Part shown: piece by piece, positions 31,271 to 42,492 of the stretch
Layout: every line of letters begins with the position of its first letter
Position numbering within the stretch: position 1 is the first letter of the stretch
Source of the DNA: an uncultured Clostridia bacterium
GTDB taxonomy: Bacteria; Bacillota; Clostridia; TANB77; CAG-508
Direction: 5' to 3'
Length of the DNA: 64,000 nt
NCBI GenBank assembly: GCA_947623725.1
Contig: CANQHI010000001.1
Span: 37,442 to 101,441, forward strand
The notes under the pieces: generated by a model
Told to the model about the DNA's origin: nothing
The model's input: only the letters and a program-made list of their open reading frames with translations
The model's database searches: none
Program-made: the position numbers and the translations under genes

Positions 31271-32400
31271 AAATTACTCCTTTTTTTATCTTTTTGTTTC
31301 TTAATTCATTTATTGTTTTTATTATGTATAAGATTATCATAGAAAATATTAAAGATAATAATATTATTAAGATTAGCCTACACATATAGCTTAAATAATA
31401 AAATTTATTATGTATTATGTTAATAATCCATATATGATTTAAGTACAATGGCAAACTTAATTCTTCTAAATAATAAAATAATTTATTATTTGCCAAATTA
31501 TAAAAAATCGTCTTTTCACTGCATGCTATTGAAATTGATACTGCTAATATTAATACTGCTACAAAGTCGTATTTAACATTTTTGCCAATTTGAGCAAGAA
31601 CAAATATAGATAAAAAGCCACCTATTTCTATAATCGTTAATAATATTTTTGAGATCAAATTAAAGTTAATATTTTTCATTTTTTCTGAGATTTCATATAC
31701 TATTGTACCTAATGATAATTCAAAAAATCCTCTTAGGAAACCCTTATACGCAAATCCTGTCCATTCCCAAGGGCCACGTAAATTTCCATATTTTTGCGAT
31801 AAATAACCACCTATAAAAATAATAATTATTGGTGCTATTAAATAAGTAAAATTCTTTTTATATTTTCTTAATAATGGATATATGATAAGTATTGATATAA
31901 GCATTACAGATATATACCATGTTATACCTGATATATATGTCGTTTTAACACCTGACATATCTAAGAAAATTACATTCCATATTGAATTTATATAATGTTT
32001 TAATGAATATCCATTGAGTATACTATCAACTATCATAAACATTACAAAAGCTGAACAAGTATAAGGTAAAAATTTTTTTACTTTACCTAATATATATGAC
32101 ATTGTTTCTTTTCCTATATTTGAACAATCTTCCTTAACACTAAATGCTTTTTTTGCTATAAAATATCCTGATACTATAAAAAAGAATTCTACTCCTATAG
32201 AACCATATTTTAGTAAAGTGCTTTCATTTCCTTTATAATTGCCAGTAGTATGAAAAATCGCTATCATCAATGCAAACATAAACTTCCAGAAGCTTATTAT
32301 TCCATTATGTATCTTCCTATTATTTAATGTTACGTGTGTGTGTGTGTGTGTGTGTGTACTCTCGCAACGGTTTTAAGTTTTCTTCATTTTTTTTATTCAT
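31257..32400 (-). CDS. acyltransferase family 3, phase-variable, currently out of frame
   Basis: ATG at 32400 follows a GGGAG RBS. Leader MNKKNEENLKPLREY is followed by (AC)12. The acyltransferase frame is open through the tract (..VTLNNRKIHNGIISFWKFMFALMIAIFH..) and lies +1 relative to the ATG. Confidence 0.75.
32334..32357 (-). repeat. (GT)12 / (AC)12 dinucleotide tract in the 5' coding region
   Basis: Read directly. Confidence 0.95.
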
Positions 32401-32433
32401 ATCATTTTCACTCCCTTATATGCTTTATAAATT

Positions 32434-33888
32434 TTAGGTATTTTTATTTGTATTACTAAATATATTTATTATACGTTTTAGTAAATTATTTGTATATTTA
32501 TCCTTCAAAATAAATAAACTTCCAAAATAAACAACTATTCCTACTACTATTTGCGAAATAAGTTTTATTATATTTAATGAATAGCTTAACTTATTCATTA
32601 GTAATATAATTATAAACATTATAATTCCAGATATTAAATAATTTTTTATTTCAATTATAATTTGTTTAATATCAAAGTATTTTCTAATATAATAAAACTG
32701 GATTACAGTAACTGATGTTTCTGCCAAAACTGTTGCAACCGCCGCACCAATAGACATAAATTTTGGTATTAATAAAAAGTTAAATATCAAATTTACAATC
32801 GCTCCAACAATTACAGAAATTGTATATTGTTTTTGTTGCTTTGTAGGTAATAAAAACTGCGTTCCGATTACATTACTTAGTCCAATCATTAGTAATATAG
32901 GACTTATGACACATGTTATTATTGTGGATTTTTCATATCCTTTACCTAAAAACATTGGTATAAATGTTTTTGAAACTATTAAAATTCCAAATATCATTGG
33001 AATTGATAGAAAATAAACAAATTTAAATGAATTCATAATATTTTCTTTAATTTCTTCTTTTTTTCCATTTGCAAATTTATTTGCTATTCTTGGTAACATA
33101 ACTGTACCGAGAGATGTTATTATTGTTAAAATTAATTTAATAATTTTCTGTGATTGTTCATAAAATCCAACTTCAGCTTTATCGTTTATTATACTTCCTA
33201 TCATAACTTTATCAAGTACAGTATAAATTTGAGTCGCTATTTGCGGTATAAACAATGCTAATGTAGGCTTTATATGTTTCGCTATATTTAAATCTTTAAT
33301 TTTTACTTTCGTTAAATATTTTGGTAGGTAAAACCATAAAGATAAATTACCTGCAGTGGTTGATAATGCATATATAAGTAAATATTTTCCTACATCATTT
33401 TCTGATTTTATAAATATAAATATACATATTATACTAATAATTTTTACTATTAAATTTCTACCAATGATTTTTTTAAATTCTTCTAATCCTTGAAAGAAAC
33501 AACTTATATCAAAACAGTTTGCAAAAATTTCTAATAAAAGAATTTTATAGTATACTTTATATTCTCCATGAGAAACATATGTAATGTAAAATACTATCAT
33601 TGAAATCATTAAAGTAATAAATCTTAATATAATTATTTCCCAAAATACTTTACTTCTTTTTTCAGTACTGTCTTGCACATATGCAACTTCTCTTTGTGCA
33701 TATATAGCTATTCCTAAAGTACCAAAAAGTATAAAATAAGTTGTTACAGATATTGTATAACTATATATTCCTATTCCTTCAGCACCTAATACTCTTGATA
33801 TATAAGGAGTTGTTATTAATGGTAATATCATTAGTAAAATTTGATATGCTACATTATATATGTAATTTTTAGCTACTGATTTTTTCAT
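32434..33888 (-). CDS. wzx: oligosaccharide flippase (Wzx, MOP superfamily)
   Basis: 484 aa, about 12-14 TM. The N-terminus NYIYNVAYQILLMILPLITTPYISRVLG is typical of polysaccharide flippases. Confidence 0.8.
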   Translation of the reverse strand: MKKSVAKNYIYNVAYQILLMILPLITTPYISRVLGAEGIGIYSYTISVTTYFILFGTLGIAIYAQREVAYVQDSTEKRSKVFWEIIILRFITLMISMIVFYITYVSHGEYKVYYKILLLEIFANCFDISCFFQGLEEFKKIIGRNLIVKIISIICIFIFIKSENDVGKYLLIYALSTTAGNLSLWFYLPKYLTKVKIKDLNIAKHIKPTLALFIPQIATQIYTVLDKVMIGSIINDKAEVGFYEQSQKIIKLILTIITSLGTVMLPRIANKFANGKKEEIKENIMNSFKFVYFLSIPMIFGILIVSKTFIPMFLGKGYEKSTIITCVISPILLMIGLSNVIGTQFLLPTKQQKQYTISVIVGAIVNLIFNFLLIPKFMSIGAAVATVLAETSVTVIQFYYIRKYFDIKQIIIEIKNYLISGIIMFIIILLMNKLSYSLNIIKLISQIVVGIVVYFGSLFILKDKYTNNLLKRIINIFSNTNKNT

Positions 33889-35125
33889 TTTTTCTTCCTC
33901 GTATTTTATTTTTTATACTTGTATATGACAATAATTTTATATTCCCTATTTCAATTAATGGCAATAATGAAATAACAAAAATATTTCTTCCTATATTAAC
34001 TAGATGTTGTTCTACAAAAGACCATATACAAATAAATAATAAAGAAAATATTAGCCACTTATTTTTATCATAATTATGTGTTAAGGTAAAAGTATAACCT
34101 AATAATACTATACTGCAAAAAACGATTCCATAATCTAACATAACTCTTGCATACGAACTATCTACATAATTATAATTAAAACTTTCCATTTCGTCTGTGT
34201 CTATATATCCATGACCACCCCAACCATTCCATTCTATTTGTTCACCAAATAATGTAACTCCATACTCTTTATAAGCTTCACTTGTATATTTTAATCTATT
34301 ACTTAATAACTCATTAACTCTAATAGCAAAGCTATTATTATTTGTATATAATAAAGTTATAAAATTAAACATTAAAAATAATATTATAGGTAATGTGCAA
34401 CATAATATTTTAAATACTTTTTTATTCATAAAATAATTATATAATTTTTTTACAAATTTAAACTTAGATAAAAGCATTATTCCTAATATAATAGAAACTA
34501 ATATAAAGCTCAATCTTCCATCTGTAAATTTATATAAAAATATATTTATCGTTTCTAAAATCATTAATTCAATATATGTTGCTTTTGATTTTCTAATATA
34601 AAAATACATTATTATTATTGAAAGATATATTCCTATAGCATCTGTTGCATATACAAACCCTAAAGAATGTCTAACTATACTTCCTCTATAAAAAATCCAG
34701 TCCGGTATTATTCCCATTAATGATAAACTTATTGTTATTAAAAAAATAAATATAAAAATATTAAAAGTAATTTTTATTAATTTATCAAAATCTAGTTTTC
34801 TTAAAGAAATTAAGAAGATTAGCAATAAAAAAACATTCTTGTTATGTGCCACCAAAAAAATTAATATTGACAATATTGTTAACAATATTATTGTTAATGT
34901 AATATTACTTCCATTCTTCCAATCTATAATTATTCTTATACCAAATACTATATAGCATATATATCTAATTATTTTCATACATACAAGCAATATATCATTT
35001 GATAAAAATAAAGATGTATTATTAATTAATAAAATCATCATATATATACCAAAAAAAACATACATAAAACTATCTGATTTTATATAATTTTTTATCTTGT
35101 TATTCATAAAATACACGTCCTTCAT
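33869..35125 (-). CDS. O-antigen polymerase/ligase-like membrane protein (Wzy-like)
   Basis: 418 aa polytopic protein with one large external loop, adjacent to wzx. No strong motif, so the call rests on context. Confidence 0.55.
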   Translation of the reverse strand: MKDVYFMNNKIKNYIKSDSFMYVFFGIYMMILLINNTSLFLSNDILLVCMKIIRYICYIVFGIRIIIDWKNGSNITLTIILLTILSILIFLVAHNKNVFLLLIFLISLRKLDFDKLIKITFNIFIFIFLITISLSLMGIIPDWIFYRGSIVRHSLGFVYATDAIGIYLSIIIMYFYIRKSKATYIELMILETINIFLYKFTDGRLSFILVSIILGIMLLSKFKFVKKLYNYFMNKKVFKILCCTLPIILFLMFNFITLLYTNNNSFAIRVNELLSNRLKYTSEAYKEYGVTLFGEQIEWNGWGGHGYIDTDEMESFNYNYVDSSYARVMLDYGIVFCSIVLLGYTFTLTHNYDKNKWLIFSLLFICIWSFVEQHLVNIGRNIFVISLLPLIEIGNIKLLSYTSIKNKIRGRKNEKISS

Positions 35126-35143
35126 TATTACTTTTTTTATTTT

Positions 35144-36187
35144 TTAGATACTTTTAAAATATTTTATTGTCCTTTCTATACCTTCTCTCAATTTTACAGT
35201 TGGATACCAACCCAACTTTTCTAATTTTGTAGTATCTAACATTGTCCTTTTAAATTTTACATATTCATTATTATTTTCTTTTATATCAATTATTACATCT
35301 ACTTTATTATTTAATAATTCTTTAATTAAATATGCTAAATTTATGATTTTTATTTCTTCAGTTTCATTTGATAAATTATATATATCATTTTCTTTACCAT
35401 CTATTATAATTTTTAATAATCCAACTACGGCATCTGTAATATAACAAAATGCTCTCTTGTCTTCTCCTCTGCTTTTTAATATAATATTTTTCTCTTCAAC
35501 CGCATTTCCGATTAAATCAGACATTATCCTTCCATCATTAGTTATATTCATTCCTGGTCCATATACATGTGCTATTCTAGCTATTTTATATTTTATATTA
35601 TATTGATATTCATAGCTTATAATTAAGTTTTCAGCCATTCTTTTGCTTTCTGGATAACATGACCTCAATTGAGTATTATACAATTTTCCCATGTCAGTTT
35701 CTTTTATTTTTTTTATTGATTTATCCACTTCTCCATATACTTCTCGTGTTGATGTAAACATAACTTCTGCTTTTTTTTCTTTTGCCAATTCTAATACATT
35801 TAATGTTCCCATTACATTCGAATTGATAATTTCTACTGGATTATTAATAATACTTTTAGGATTTGCATTACTTGCCATATGTATAATATAGTCCAATTTA
35901 TCATTTATTTCTATTTTATCATTTACATCTTGAATTATAGGTATTACATCTTTTCTTTTTTCACAATTTGTATTTTTATTTAATTTATTTATATTCCTTA
36001 CCAACGCATATATTTTTATATTCATATTTTTATTATCATTTAAAAACATAAAATAATATATACAATACGTTGCTATCATTCCATTAGCACCTGTTATAAG
36101 TATATTTTTATTTTTAAATTTTTTATAATTATCAACCTGATTAGAAATAGAAAGTATATCCTTTTGAATTATTTCATTATTATACAT
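35144..36187 (-). CDS. NAD-dependent epimerase/dehydratase (extended SDR)
   Basis: 347 aa with the ILITGANGMIA Rossmann motif and YPESK (YxxxK). Confidence 0.8.
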   Translation of the reverse strand: MYNNEIIQKDILSISNQVDNYKKFKNKNILITGANGMIATYCIYYFMFLNDNKNMNIKIYALVRNINKLNKNTNCEKRKDVIPIIQDVNDKIEINDKLDYIIHMASNANPKSIINNPVEIINSNVMGTLNVLELAKEKKAEVMFTSTREVYGEVDKSIKKIKETDMGKLYNTQLRSCYPESKRMAENLIISYEYQYNIKYKIARIAHVYGPGMNITNDGRIMSDLIGNAVEEKNIILKSRGEDKRAFCYITDAVVGLLKIIIDGKENDIYNLSNETEEIKIINLAYLIKELLNNKVDVIIDIKENNNEYVKFKRTMLDTTKLEKLGWYPTVKLREGIERTIKYFKSI

Positions 36188-36221
36188 ATAAATTTCCTCT
36201 CATATTTTATTTTTATCATTA

Positions 36222-36947
36222 CTAATTTAAACCAAAAGTTTGCTCATTTTCTTTGTATTTTAAATATGCTTTAAACACATATACATCTTCAGGTGTAGTA
36301 ATTTTTAAATTTCCTCTATTTCCATTTACCATATGTGTTTCAATTCCTAATGTATTAAAAATTGTACAAGCATCTACCATATTTTCATATCCTTCTGGTC
36401 TTTTTCTAATATTTTCATGTGCATTTACAATATCTTTTAAATAAAAACTTTGTGGTGCTTGACCTATAAAAGTCTCTCTTCTATATGGCACGTTTGTAAC
36501 CTTATTTTCATCTTGACTTATTAAAATTGTTTCATAACTCGGAATACTTGTAATAGCACTTCCATACTTCATCACTGCATTTATATTGTCTGTAATTAAT
36601 TTTTCAGATATAAATGGTCTTACTCCATCATGAAGTAAAACGATTGAATCCTCTGGATTTTCCTTTTCTGCTTCTTTTATGCCATTATAAATAGATTCTT
36701 GGGCTTGATTTCCGCCTTCTACAATTTTTACTATTTTATCAAGATTATATTTTTTCTTTAAATTTTTCACATATTGAATATATTCTTTTTGAACGACTAC
36801 ATATATTTTATCAATCATTTTGTGGTATTCAAATATTTCAATAGTATGAATCAAAATGGGCTTTTCATTTATTTTCAAAAATTGTTTTGGTATTACACTG
36901 CCCATTCTTTCTCCCTTTCCGGCAGCAAAAATAATAGCTATATTCAT
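36222..36947 (-). CDS. IspD/TarI-family cytidylyltransferase (ribitol-5-phosphate type likely)
   Basis: 241 aa with N-terminus IIFAAGKGERMG. Adjacent to a TagF-like polyol-phosphate transferase. Confidence 0.8.
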   Translation of the reverse strand: MNIAIIFAAGKGERMGSVIPKQFLKINEKPILIHTIEIFEYHKMIDKIYVVVQKEYIQYVKNLKKKYNLDKIVKIVEGGNQAQESIYNGIKEAEKENPEDSIVLLHDGVRPFISEKLITDNINAVMKYGSAITSIPSYETILISQDENKVTNVPYRRETFIGQAPQSFYLKDIVNAHENIRKRPEGYENMVDACTIFNTLGIETHMVNGNRGNLKITTPEDVYVFKAYLKYKENEQTFGLN

Positions 36948-36969
36948 TATTTACCTCTTCTTAAAAATA

Positions 36970-37968
36970 TTATTTAAATTTTTGTCTTTTATAAAAAGAT
37001 AATATTCTATATAATTTATAATTTGTCTTCCTTAGTAATTTTATTAATCTACTTTTTTTTTCAATATCAAAATATAATTCTTTATTATTATCATATATAT
37101 AATTTTCAAAATCTTTGATTTTTTGCAAATTCTCCTTATTGCATGGCAATAATATAAGGAAATTACCAATTGAACCCGCAACCATATATCCTATATATTT
37201 TTGTAAATATTGTACTTTATTTGGTGTTAAACTTTTTTTTATTTTATTAAAAAATGAGACTAATCTTTTTGAAACTTTTATATGATCCTCATAATATTTT
37301 ATTCTGCTGTCTAGTCCTATACTTTGGCCTATTCTTCCAATTCTATACATATATATTGGAATATGTGTAATATAAATTGTATTACAATATGCCATTGGAT
37401 ATATCGCATATTCTGTATCTGTATAAAAACAATTCTCCAATAATCTAATATTATGTTCTTTTAAAATTTCTGTTTTATATGTTATTGTATACATATTTAA
37501 ATACCTTGGAATTTTTAACAATACATCATCAGTATTATATTCTCCATTATAATCATTTGAAAAACCATCAATTAATTTTGTTTTTTTGTTTTTTTCATAA
37601 TATTCTATATATGGTGTAAAAACTACATCCGTATTCGTATTTTTTAATATTTTAATGATTTTCTTTAAATTATCTTTTTCAAACCAATCATCTCCATCTA
37701 ATTGCTTAAAGTATTTTCCCTTTGCTAATTTTATACTACTATTTATTGTTGAACCATATCCTCCATTTTCTTTATGTACTAATTTTACTATGTTAGGGTA
37801 TTTTTTTTCATATTTTTTTACAATTTCACCTGTTTTATCATTTCCTCCATCATCTTGCACTAATACCTCAATTTCTTCCATTTCATCTATTAATAACGAT
37901 TCCAAAGCATTTTCAATAAATTTTTCAACATTATAAGCAGCTATTGATATAGTTAAAACTTTGTTCAT
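36970..37968 (-). CDS. glycosyltransferase family 2
   Basis: 332 aa with the LTISIAAYNVEKFI start and QLDGDDW (DxD). Confidence 0.8.
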   Translation of the reverse strand: MNKVLTISIAAYNVEKFIENALESLLIDEMEEIEVLVQDDGGNDKTGEIVKKYEKKYPNIVKLVHKENGGYGSTINSSIKLAKGKYFKQLDGDDWFEKDNLKKIIKILKNTNTDVVFTPYIEYYEKNKKTKLIDGFSNDYNGEYNTDDVLLKIPRYLNMYTITYKTEILKEHNIRLLENCFYTDTEYAIYPMAYCNTIYITHIPIYMYRIGRIGQSIGLDSRIKYYEDHIKVSKRLVSFFNKIKKSLTPNKVQYLQKYIGYMVAGSIGNFLILLPCNKENLQKIKDFENYIYDNNKELYFDIEKKSRLIKLLRKTNYKLYRILSFYKRQKFK

Positions 37969-39110
37969 AATATTTTCTCCCCTAGATATTTTGCAAATAA
38001 TTTACTTGCCTCTCCTTTTTCATATGATTCTAACATTTTATGGTGTTTTTCCATATTATTTTTATAGTCTTCTAATTTAAATTCATCCACATTTTTTAAT
38101 AATTCTCCATTAGATTCTGCAACTGGAAATCCCCACTCATGTATGTCTATTACAAAACCTCTTTTCTCTATATAATCATTTAAATCTGGGCAAAATAAGA
38201 AGCATGGCTTATTTAAAAACGAATAATCCCATATCGATGATGAATAATCTGTAATTAATGCGTCAGAAGTTATTAGTAATTCCTGCATATCTTCATATTC
38301 AGATACATCAATTAAATCATTTATATTTTTTTTCTTTGTAATAGTATGTTTTCTATACATTATAACCACTTTTTTATTAAATCTCTTTTCAAATTGTTGT
38401 TGTAATGCCTTAAAATCAATTTGTTCTAAATGATTATCTTCATTATATCTCCAAGTAGGTGCATACAAGATAATAAATTTATTTTCATCTATACTATATT
38501 TATTAAGAACTTTATTTCTAATTTCTTTGTGTAAATCTGAATTAAATAGTATATCATTTCGTGGCATACCAAGCTCAAGAACTTCACCTGTATAATAAAA
38601 ATTTTTTCTAATTACTTCTTCTGTAAAAACTTTACTACTTGATATAAAAATGTCTGTATTTTTTATGTTATTTTTAGTTCTAATTTTAAAAAATTTAGTT
38701 CTAGCTTTTTCTACCATACCTACATTTTTATAGCATCCTCCACCATGCCATGTTTGGACTTTTATTTGTTTTTTCTTTTTTGGAACTTCTCCTCCCTCAA
38801 TAGAATTAGATATTACAACTGTTGACAAAATTCGATAATAATAATATCTAATACTTCTATATTTACAAATAATTGTATTTTCACTTTTTAAAAACATATA
38901 ATCTTTTGGATTCTTAAAACTCCATACAAATTTATAGTTCGAAAAATTATCCATCTCTTTTAGATATAAATATATATATTTAGGATTACAAAAAAAACCT
39001 GCTCCTGAGTTAGTGCAAAACATAATACTTTTTTTTAAACCTAATAATTTTACTGGTGATAATATAATTTTTACTATATACATAAATATTGTTTTTATTA
39101 TTTCTTTCAT
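37965..39110 (-). CDS. CDP-glycerol/ribitol glycerophosphotransferase family (TagB/TagF/TarL-like)
   Basis: 381 aa. Blocks QTWHGG, YAPTWR and ITDYSS are characteristic of the TagF family. Confidence 0.8.
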   Translation of the reverse strand: MKEIIKTIFMYIVKIILSPVKLLGLKKSIMFCTNSGAGFFCNPKYIYLYLKEMDNFSNYKFVWSFKNPKDYMFLKSENTIICKYRSIRYYYYRILSTVVISNSIEGGEVPKKKKQIKVQTWHGGGCYKNVGMVEKARTKFFKIRTKNNIKNTDIFISSSKVFTEEVIRKNFYYTGEVLELGMPRNDILFNSDLHKEIRNKVLNKYSIDENKFIILYAPTWRYNEDNHLEQIDFKALQQQFEKRFNKKVVIMYRKHTITKKKNINDLIDVSEYEDMQELLITSDALITDYSSSIWDYSFLNKPCFLFCPDLNDYIEKRGFVIDIHEWGFPVAESNGELLKNVDEFKLEDYKNNMEKHHKMLESYEKGEASKLFAKYLGEKIL

Positions 39111-39162
39111 TTAAAATTCTTTTATCCCTTCTTATATGAAATTTAATTTTTATCATATTTAT

Positions 39163-40065
39163 TTAGTTTACATATTCAATATCTGGATAAAATTTTTTTC
39201 CGTCACTTATAGATGAAAAGATAATTTTTATTCTTTTCATTTTATCATTTTTATTTGACTTTAATATTCTTATAATATGAATAATTAATCTAATATATAG
39301 CAAAATCCAGCCTTTTAATCCTTCTCTTCTATAAAGTACAACATCATTTCTATATAAGTATTTAAATCTATCTAATCTATCATCATTTACCGTTGCTATA
39401 TCTGCACCTTCATTTTTTTGCGATTTATGTGTAACTATGCTATTGGTTACATAATAACAATTGTATTTTCTAGATATTCTTCTAGTATATTCCCAATCAT
39501 CAGTCCAAATAAAAAATTCTTTAATTGGTAGTCCTATTTTTTCTACAACTTTAGTTTTTAAAAATAATGAAACAAATGAAGCCATAGCTATTTTTTGAAT
39601 TGGTCTATCAAAATTCTTCTGCCATGTATGAAAATTTTTTTTAGGTATATTCATTTTGCATATTTGATTATTTTTCCATAAAACTTTGCTTGATAGAAAT
39701 CCATATTCTCCATTCAACTTGGAGTCCGCATCTATTAATTTAGTTAATGTATCTTTGTGAACTATGCAATCGTCATCCATTAACCACATAAAATCACATC
39801 CTATTTTATATGCTTCTTTAATTCCATAATTAAATCCGCCTGCTCCACCTATATTTTTATTTGTATTTTTATATATAATCTTCTTTTCATCAATAAGTTT
39901 TTGAATATAATCTTTTGTACCATCTGTACTATTATTATCTATAACCAATATCTTGCAATTTTTATAATTTTGTTCCATCAATGCCTCTATAGATTCTTTT
40001 AATAACTCTTTTCGATTATATGTAACTATAATTGCAACAACCTTTTTGCTTTCTTCTTTTTTCAT
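39163..40065 (-). CDS. glycosyltransferase family 2
   Basis: 300 aa with AIIVTYNRKELL and WLMDDDC (DxD). Confidence 0.8.
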   Translation of the reverse strand: MKKEESKKVVAIIVTYNRKELLKESIEALMEQNYKNCKILVIDNNSTDGTKDYIQKLIDEKKIIYKNTNKNIGGAGGFNYGIKEAYKIGCDFMWLMDDDCIVHKDTLTKLIDADSKLNGEYGFLSSKVLWKNNQICKMNIPKKNFHTWQKNFDRPIQKIAMASFVSLFLKTKVVEKIGLPIKEFFIWTDDWEYTRRISRKYNCYYVTNSIVTHKSQKNEGADIATVNDDRLDRFKYLYRNDVVLYRREGLKGWILLYIRLIIHIIRILKSNKNDKMKRIKIIFSSISDGKKFYPDIEYVN

Positions 40066-40287
40066 ATTAAAAATTTTTTATCCTTCACTGTATTATTATG
40101 TGCTATTTTATAATATATTGTCGTAAAAATCAACCATTTTTGTTTATAAATTGCAAATTGATACTTCTACAATCGTACAATATATATATAAATATTGTAC
40201 GTACAACAAAAAAAGGAATTATAGTTTTTTTGACTTTAATTCCTTTATACAAATTTATTATTTTTTATCTCCAATATCTTAAAAATT

Positions 40288-41592
40288 TCATTTTCCATCA
40301 TATCCTGGTTTCTTTAATAATTTAAACATGTTCGTTTTATATTTTTCAACCCCTGGTTGATTAAATGGATTAACCTCTAAAAGTTCAGCCGACACTCCAC
40401 AAGCTTTTTCAAAAAAGTAAATTAGTTCTCCTAAAGACTCTTCATCTAATTTTTTTATATTTATTACTATATTTGGAACTCCTCCATCAACATGTGCTTT
40501 AATAGTTCCTTCCATAGCTTTTTTACTAACATAAGATAATTTCTTTCCTTGTAAATAATTCAAATTATCTAAATTATCTTCATCAAAATTTATTTCTATA
40601 TCAGATTCACTCTTTTCAATATTTAATACAGTTTCAAACATTAATCTTCTTCCATCTTGTATATATTGACCTAAAGAGTGTAAATCTGTTGTATAGTCTG
40701 CTCCAGATGGAAATAATCCTTTTCCATCTTTTCCTTCACTTTCGCCAAATAATTGTTTCCACCATTCTATAAAATAGTGCATTTTAGGTTCATAATTAAT
40801 AAGCATTTCAATTGATTTATCTTTTTCATATAACATATTCCTAACTACTGCATACTTATAACATTCATTATATTTTAAAGATTTATCTAAATATTTATCT
40901 TCTGCTATAGCTGCTCCTTCCATAAGTTTATCTATATTTAATCCACTTGCTGCAATTGGTAACAAACCTACAGCTGTTAAAACAGAAAATCTGCCCCCAA
41001 CATTATCTGGAATCACAAAAGTTTCATATCCTTCTGAATCAGCTAATGTTTTTAATGCACCTTTTTTCTTATCAGTTGTAACATATATTCTTTTTCTTGC
41101 TTCTTTTATGCCATATTTATTTTCTATAATTTCCCTAAAAATTCTAAATGCAATCGCTGGCTCTGTAGTAGTACCCGATTTAGATATAACATTAATACTA
41201 AAATCTTTCCCCTCTAATACTTCAATTACATCATTTATGTAATTAGGACTTAGATTATTTCCTACAAAAATAACTCTTGTCCCTTTTTTATCTTCATCAT
41301 AAATTGAGCTATGAAGTGATTCAATAACTGCTCTTGCACCTAAATACGAGCCTCCTATACCAATAACTAATAAAATTTCTGAATCTTTTTGGATTTTACT
41401 TGCTGATTTTTTTATTCTTGCAAATTCCTTTTTATCGTAATTAGTTGGCAAATGTAACCAGCCCGCAAAATCTTTCTCATCATTACTTTTTTCTTCTAAT
41501 TCATTATGTATATCTTCTACTACATCTGCATGTTCTAATATATCTTTCTCCTTGACATCAGCATATTTAAAATCAACTTTTATATTTGGCAT
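40288..41592 (-). CDS. pgi: glucose-6-phosphate isomerase
   Basis: 434 aa with [10 protein letters not shown] and [17 protein letters not shown]-domain motifs. Confidence 0.9.
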   Translation of the reverse strand: MPNIKVDFKYADVKEKDILEHADVVEDIHNELEEKSNDEKDFAGWLHLPTNYDKKEFARIKKSASKIQKDSEILLVIGIGGSYLGARAVIESLHSSIYDEDKKGTRVIFVGNNLSPNYINDVIEVLEGKDFSINVISKSGTTTEPAIAFRIFREIIENKYGIKEARKRIYVTTDKKKGALKTLADSEGYETFVIPDNVGGRFSVLTAVGLLPIAASGLNIDKLMEGAAIAEDKYLDKSLKYNECYKYAVVRNMLYEKDKSIEMLINYEPKMHYFIEWWKQLFGESEGKDGKGLFPSGADYTTDLHSLGQYIQDGRRLMFETVLNIEKSESDIEINFDEDNLDNLNYLQGKKLSYVSKKAMEGTIKAHVDGGVPNIVINIKKLDEESLGELIYFFEKACGVSAELLEVNPFNQPGVEKYKTNMFKLLKKPGYDGK

Positions 41593-41616
41593 TTTTTTCT
41601 CCTTTGTTTAAATTTA

Positions 41617-42339
41617 CTATATTGCCCCAGTTTTATTTATTATAGATATTATTGTTTTAAAGAAAATCTTTATATCTAACCATAAAGAAATATTTGTGGC
41701 ATAATAATATTCCATTTTAACTCTCTCATCATAAGAAATTTTGCTTCTTCCATGTGATGCCCAATATCCTGTTATACCTGGCTTAACTTTTAATATATCA
41801 TCTTTATATTTTCCAAATTTTTTCAATTCATTTGGAACAACTGCTCTTGGACCTATCAAGCTCATCTTTCCCATTAATACATCTATAAAATTAGGAAATT
41901 CATCTAATGAACTTTTTCTTAATATCTTTCCAACTTTAGTTATTCTAGGGTCTTCTGAAAGTTTTCTATTTTTTTCCCATTCTTTTTTTAACTGCTCATC
42001 TTCTGATAATATCTTTTCTAATTTTTTGTCTGCATCAACACACATCGTTCTATATTTATGCATTTTAAATGGTTTTCCGTTTTTTCCTATTCTAATATGA
42101 GAATAAAATATAGGTCCACTTTCTTTATTATATTTATTAATAATCCATACAATTACTGTAAGAGGTATTAATATAATAATTCCTACAACACCTGCTATTA
42201 TATCTAATACCCTTTTTATAACTAAATATATATTTTTACTGATATCTTCAAAACTTCTCTTTTTTATTTTTTTATTGATATGTTTTATTGTTTTGTTTTC
42301 TTCTTTTTCAGCAGTTTGCATATCAGTCAATTTTCTCAC
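41617..42339 (-). CDS. undecaprenyl-phosphate sugar phosphotransferase (bacterial sugar transferase family)
   Basis: 240 aa with one TM, then the KFRTM-like block (KMHKYRTM), DEFPNF and SLIGPR motifs. Confidence 0.85.
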   Translation of the reverse strand: MRKLTDMQTAEKEENKTIKHINKKIKKRSFEDISKNIYLVIKRVLDIIAGVVGIIILIPLTVIVWIINKYNKESGPIFYSHIRIGKNGKPFKMHKYRTMCVDADKKLEKILSEDEQLKKEWEKNRKLSEDPRITKVGKILRKSSLDEFPNFIDVLMGKMSLIGPRAVVPNELKKFGKYKDDILKVKPGITGYWASHGRSKISYDERVKMEYYYATNISLWLDIKIFFKTIISIINKTGAI

Positions 42340-42492
42340 TCCTTTTTGAAAGTATTTCGTTATATCGATACTAGTAAATTATATAATATTTAACAAACTT
42401 AGTAAATAGTTTATTATATTTTATTTTTAGCATTTTTTCACATAGAATGATATTTTTTCTATTTTTTTATTAATATTTATATTTTCTATTAC

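Noticed and set aside
40098-40325. 75-aa plus-strand ORF between the GT2 gene and pgi
   Set aside because: It lies in an AT-rich intergenic or promoter region and overlaps the pgi 3' end. The peptide is low-complexity with no RBS.
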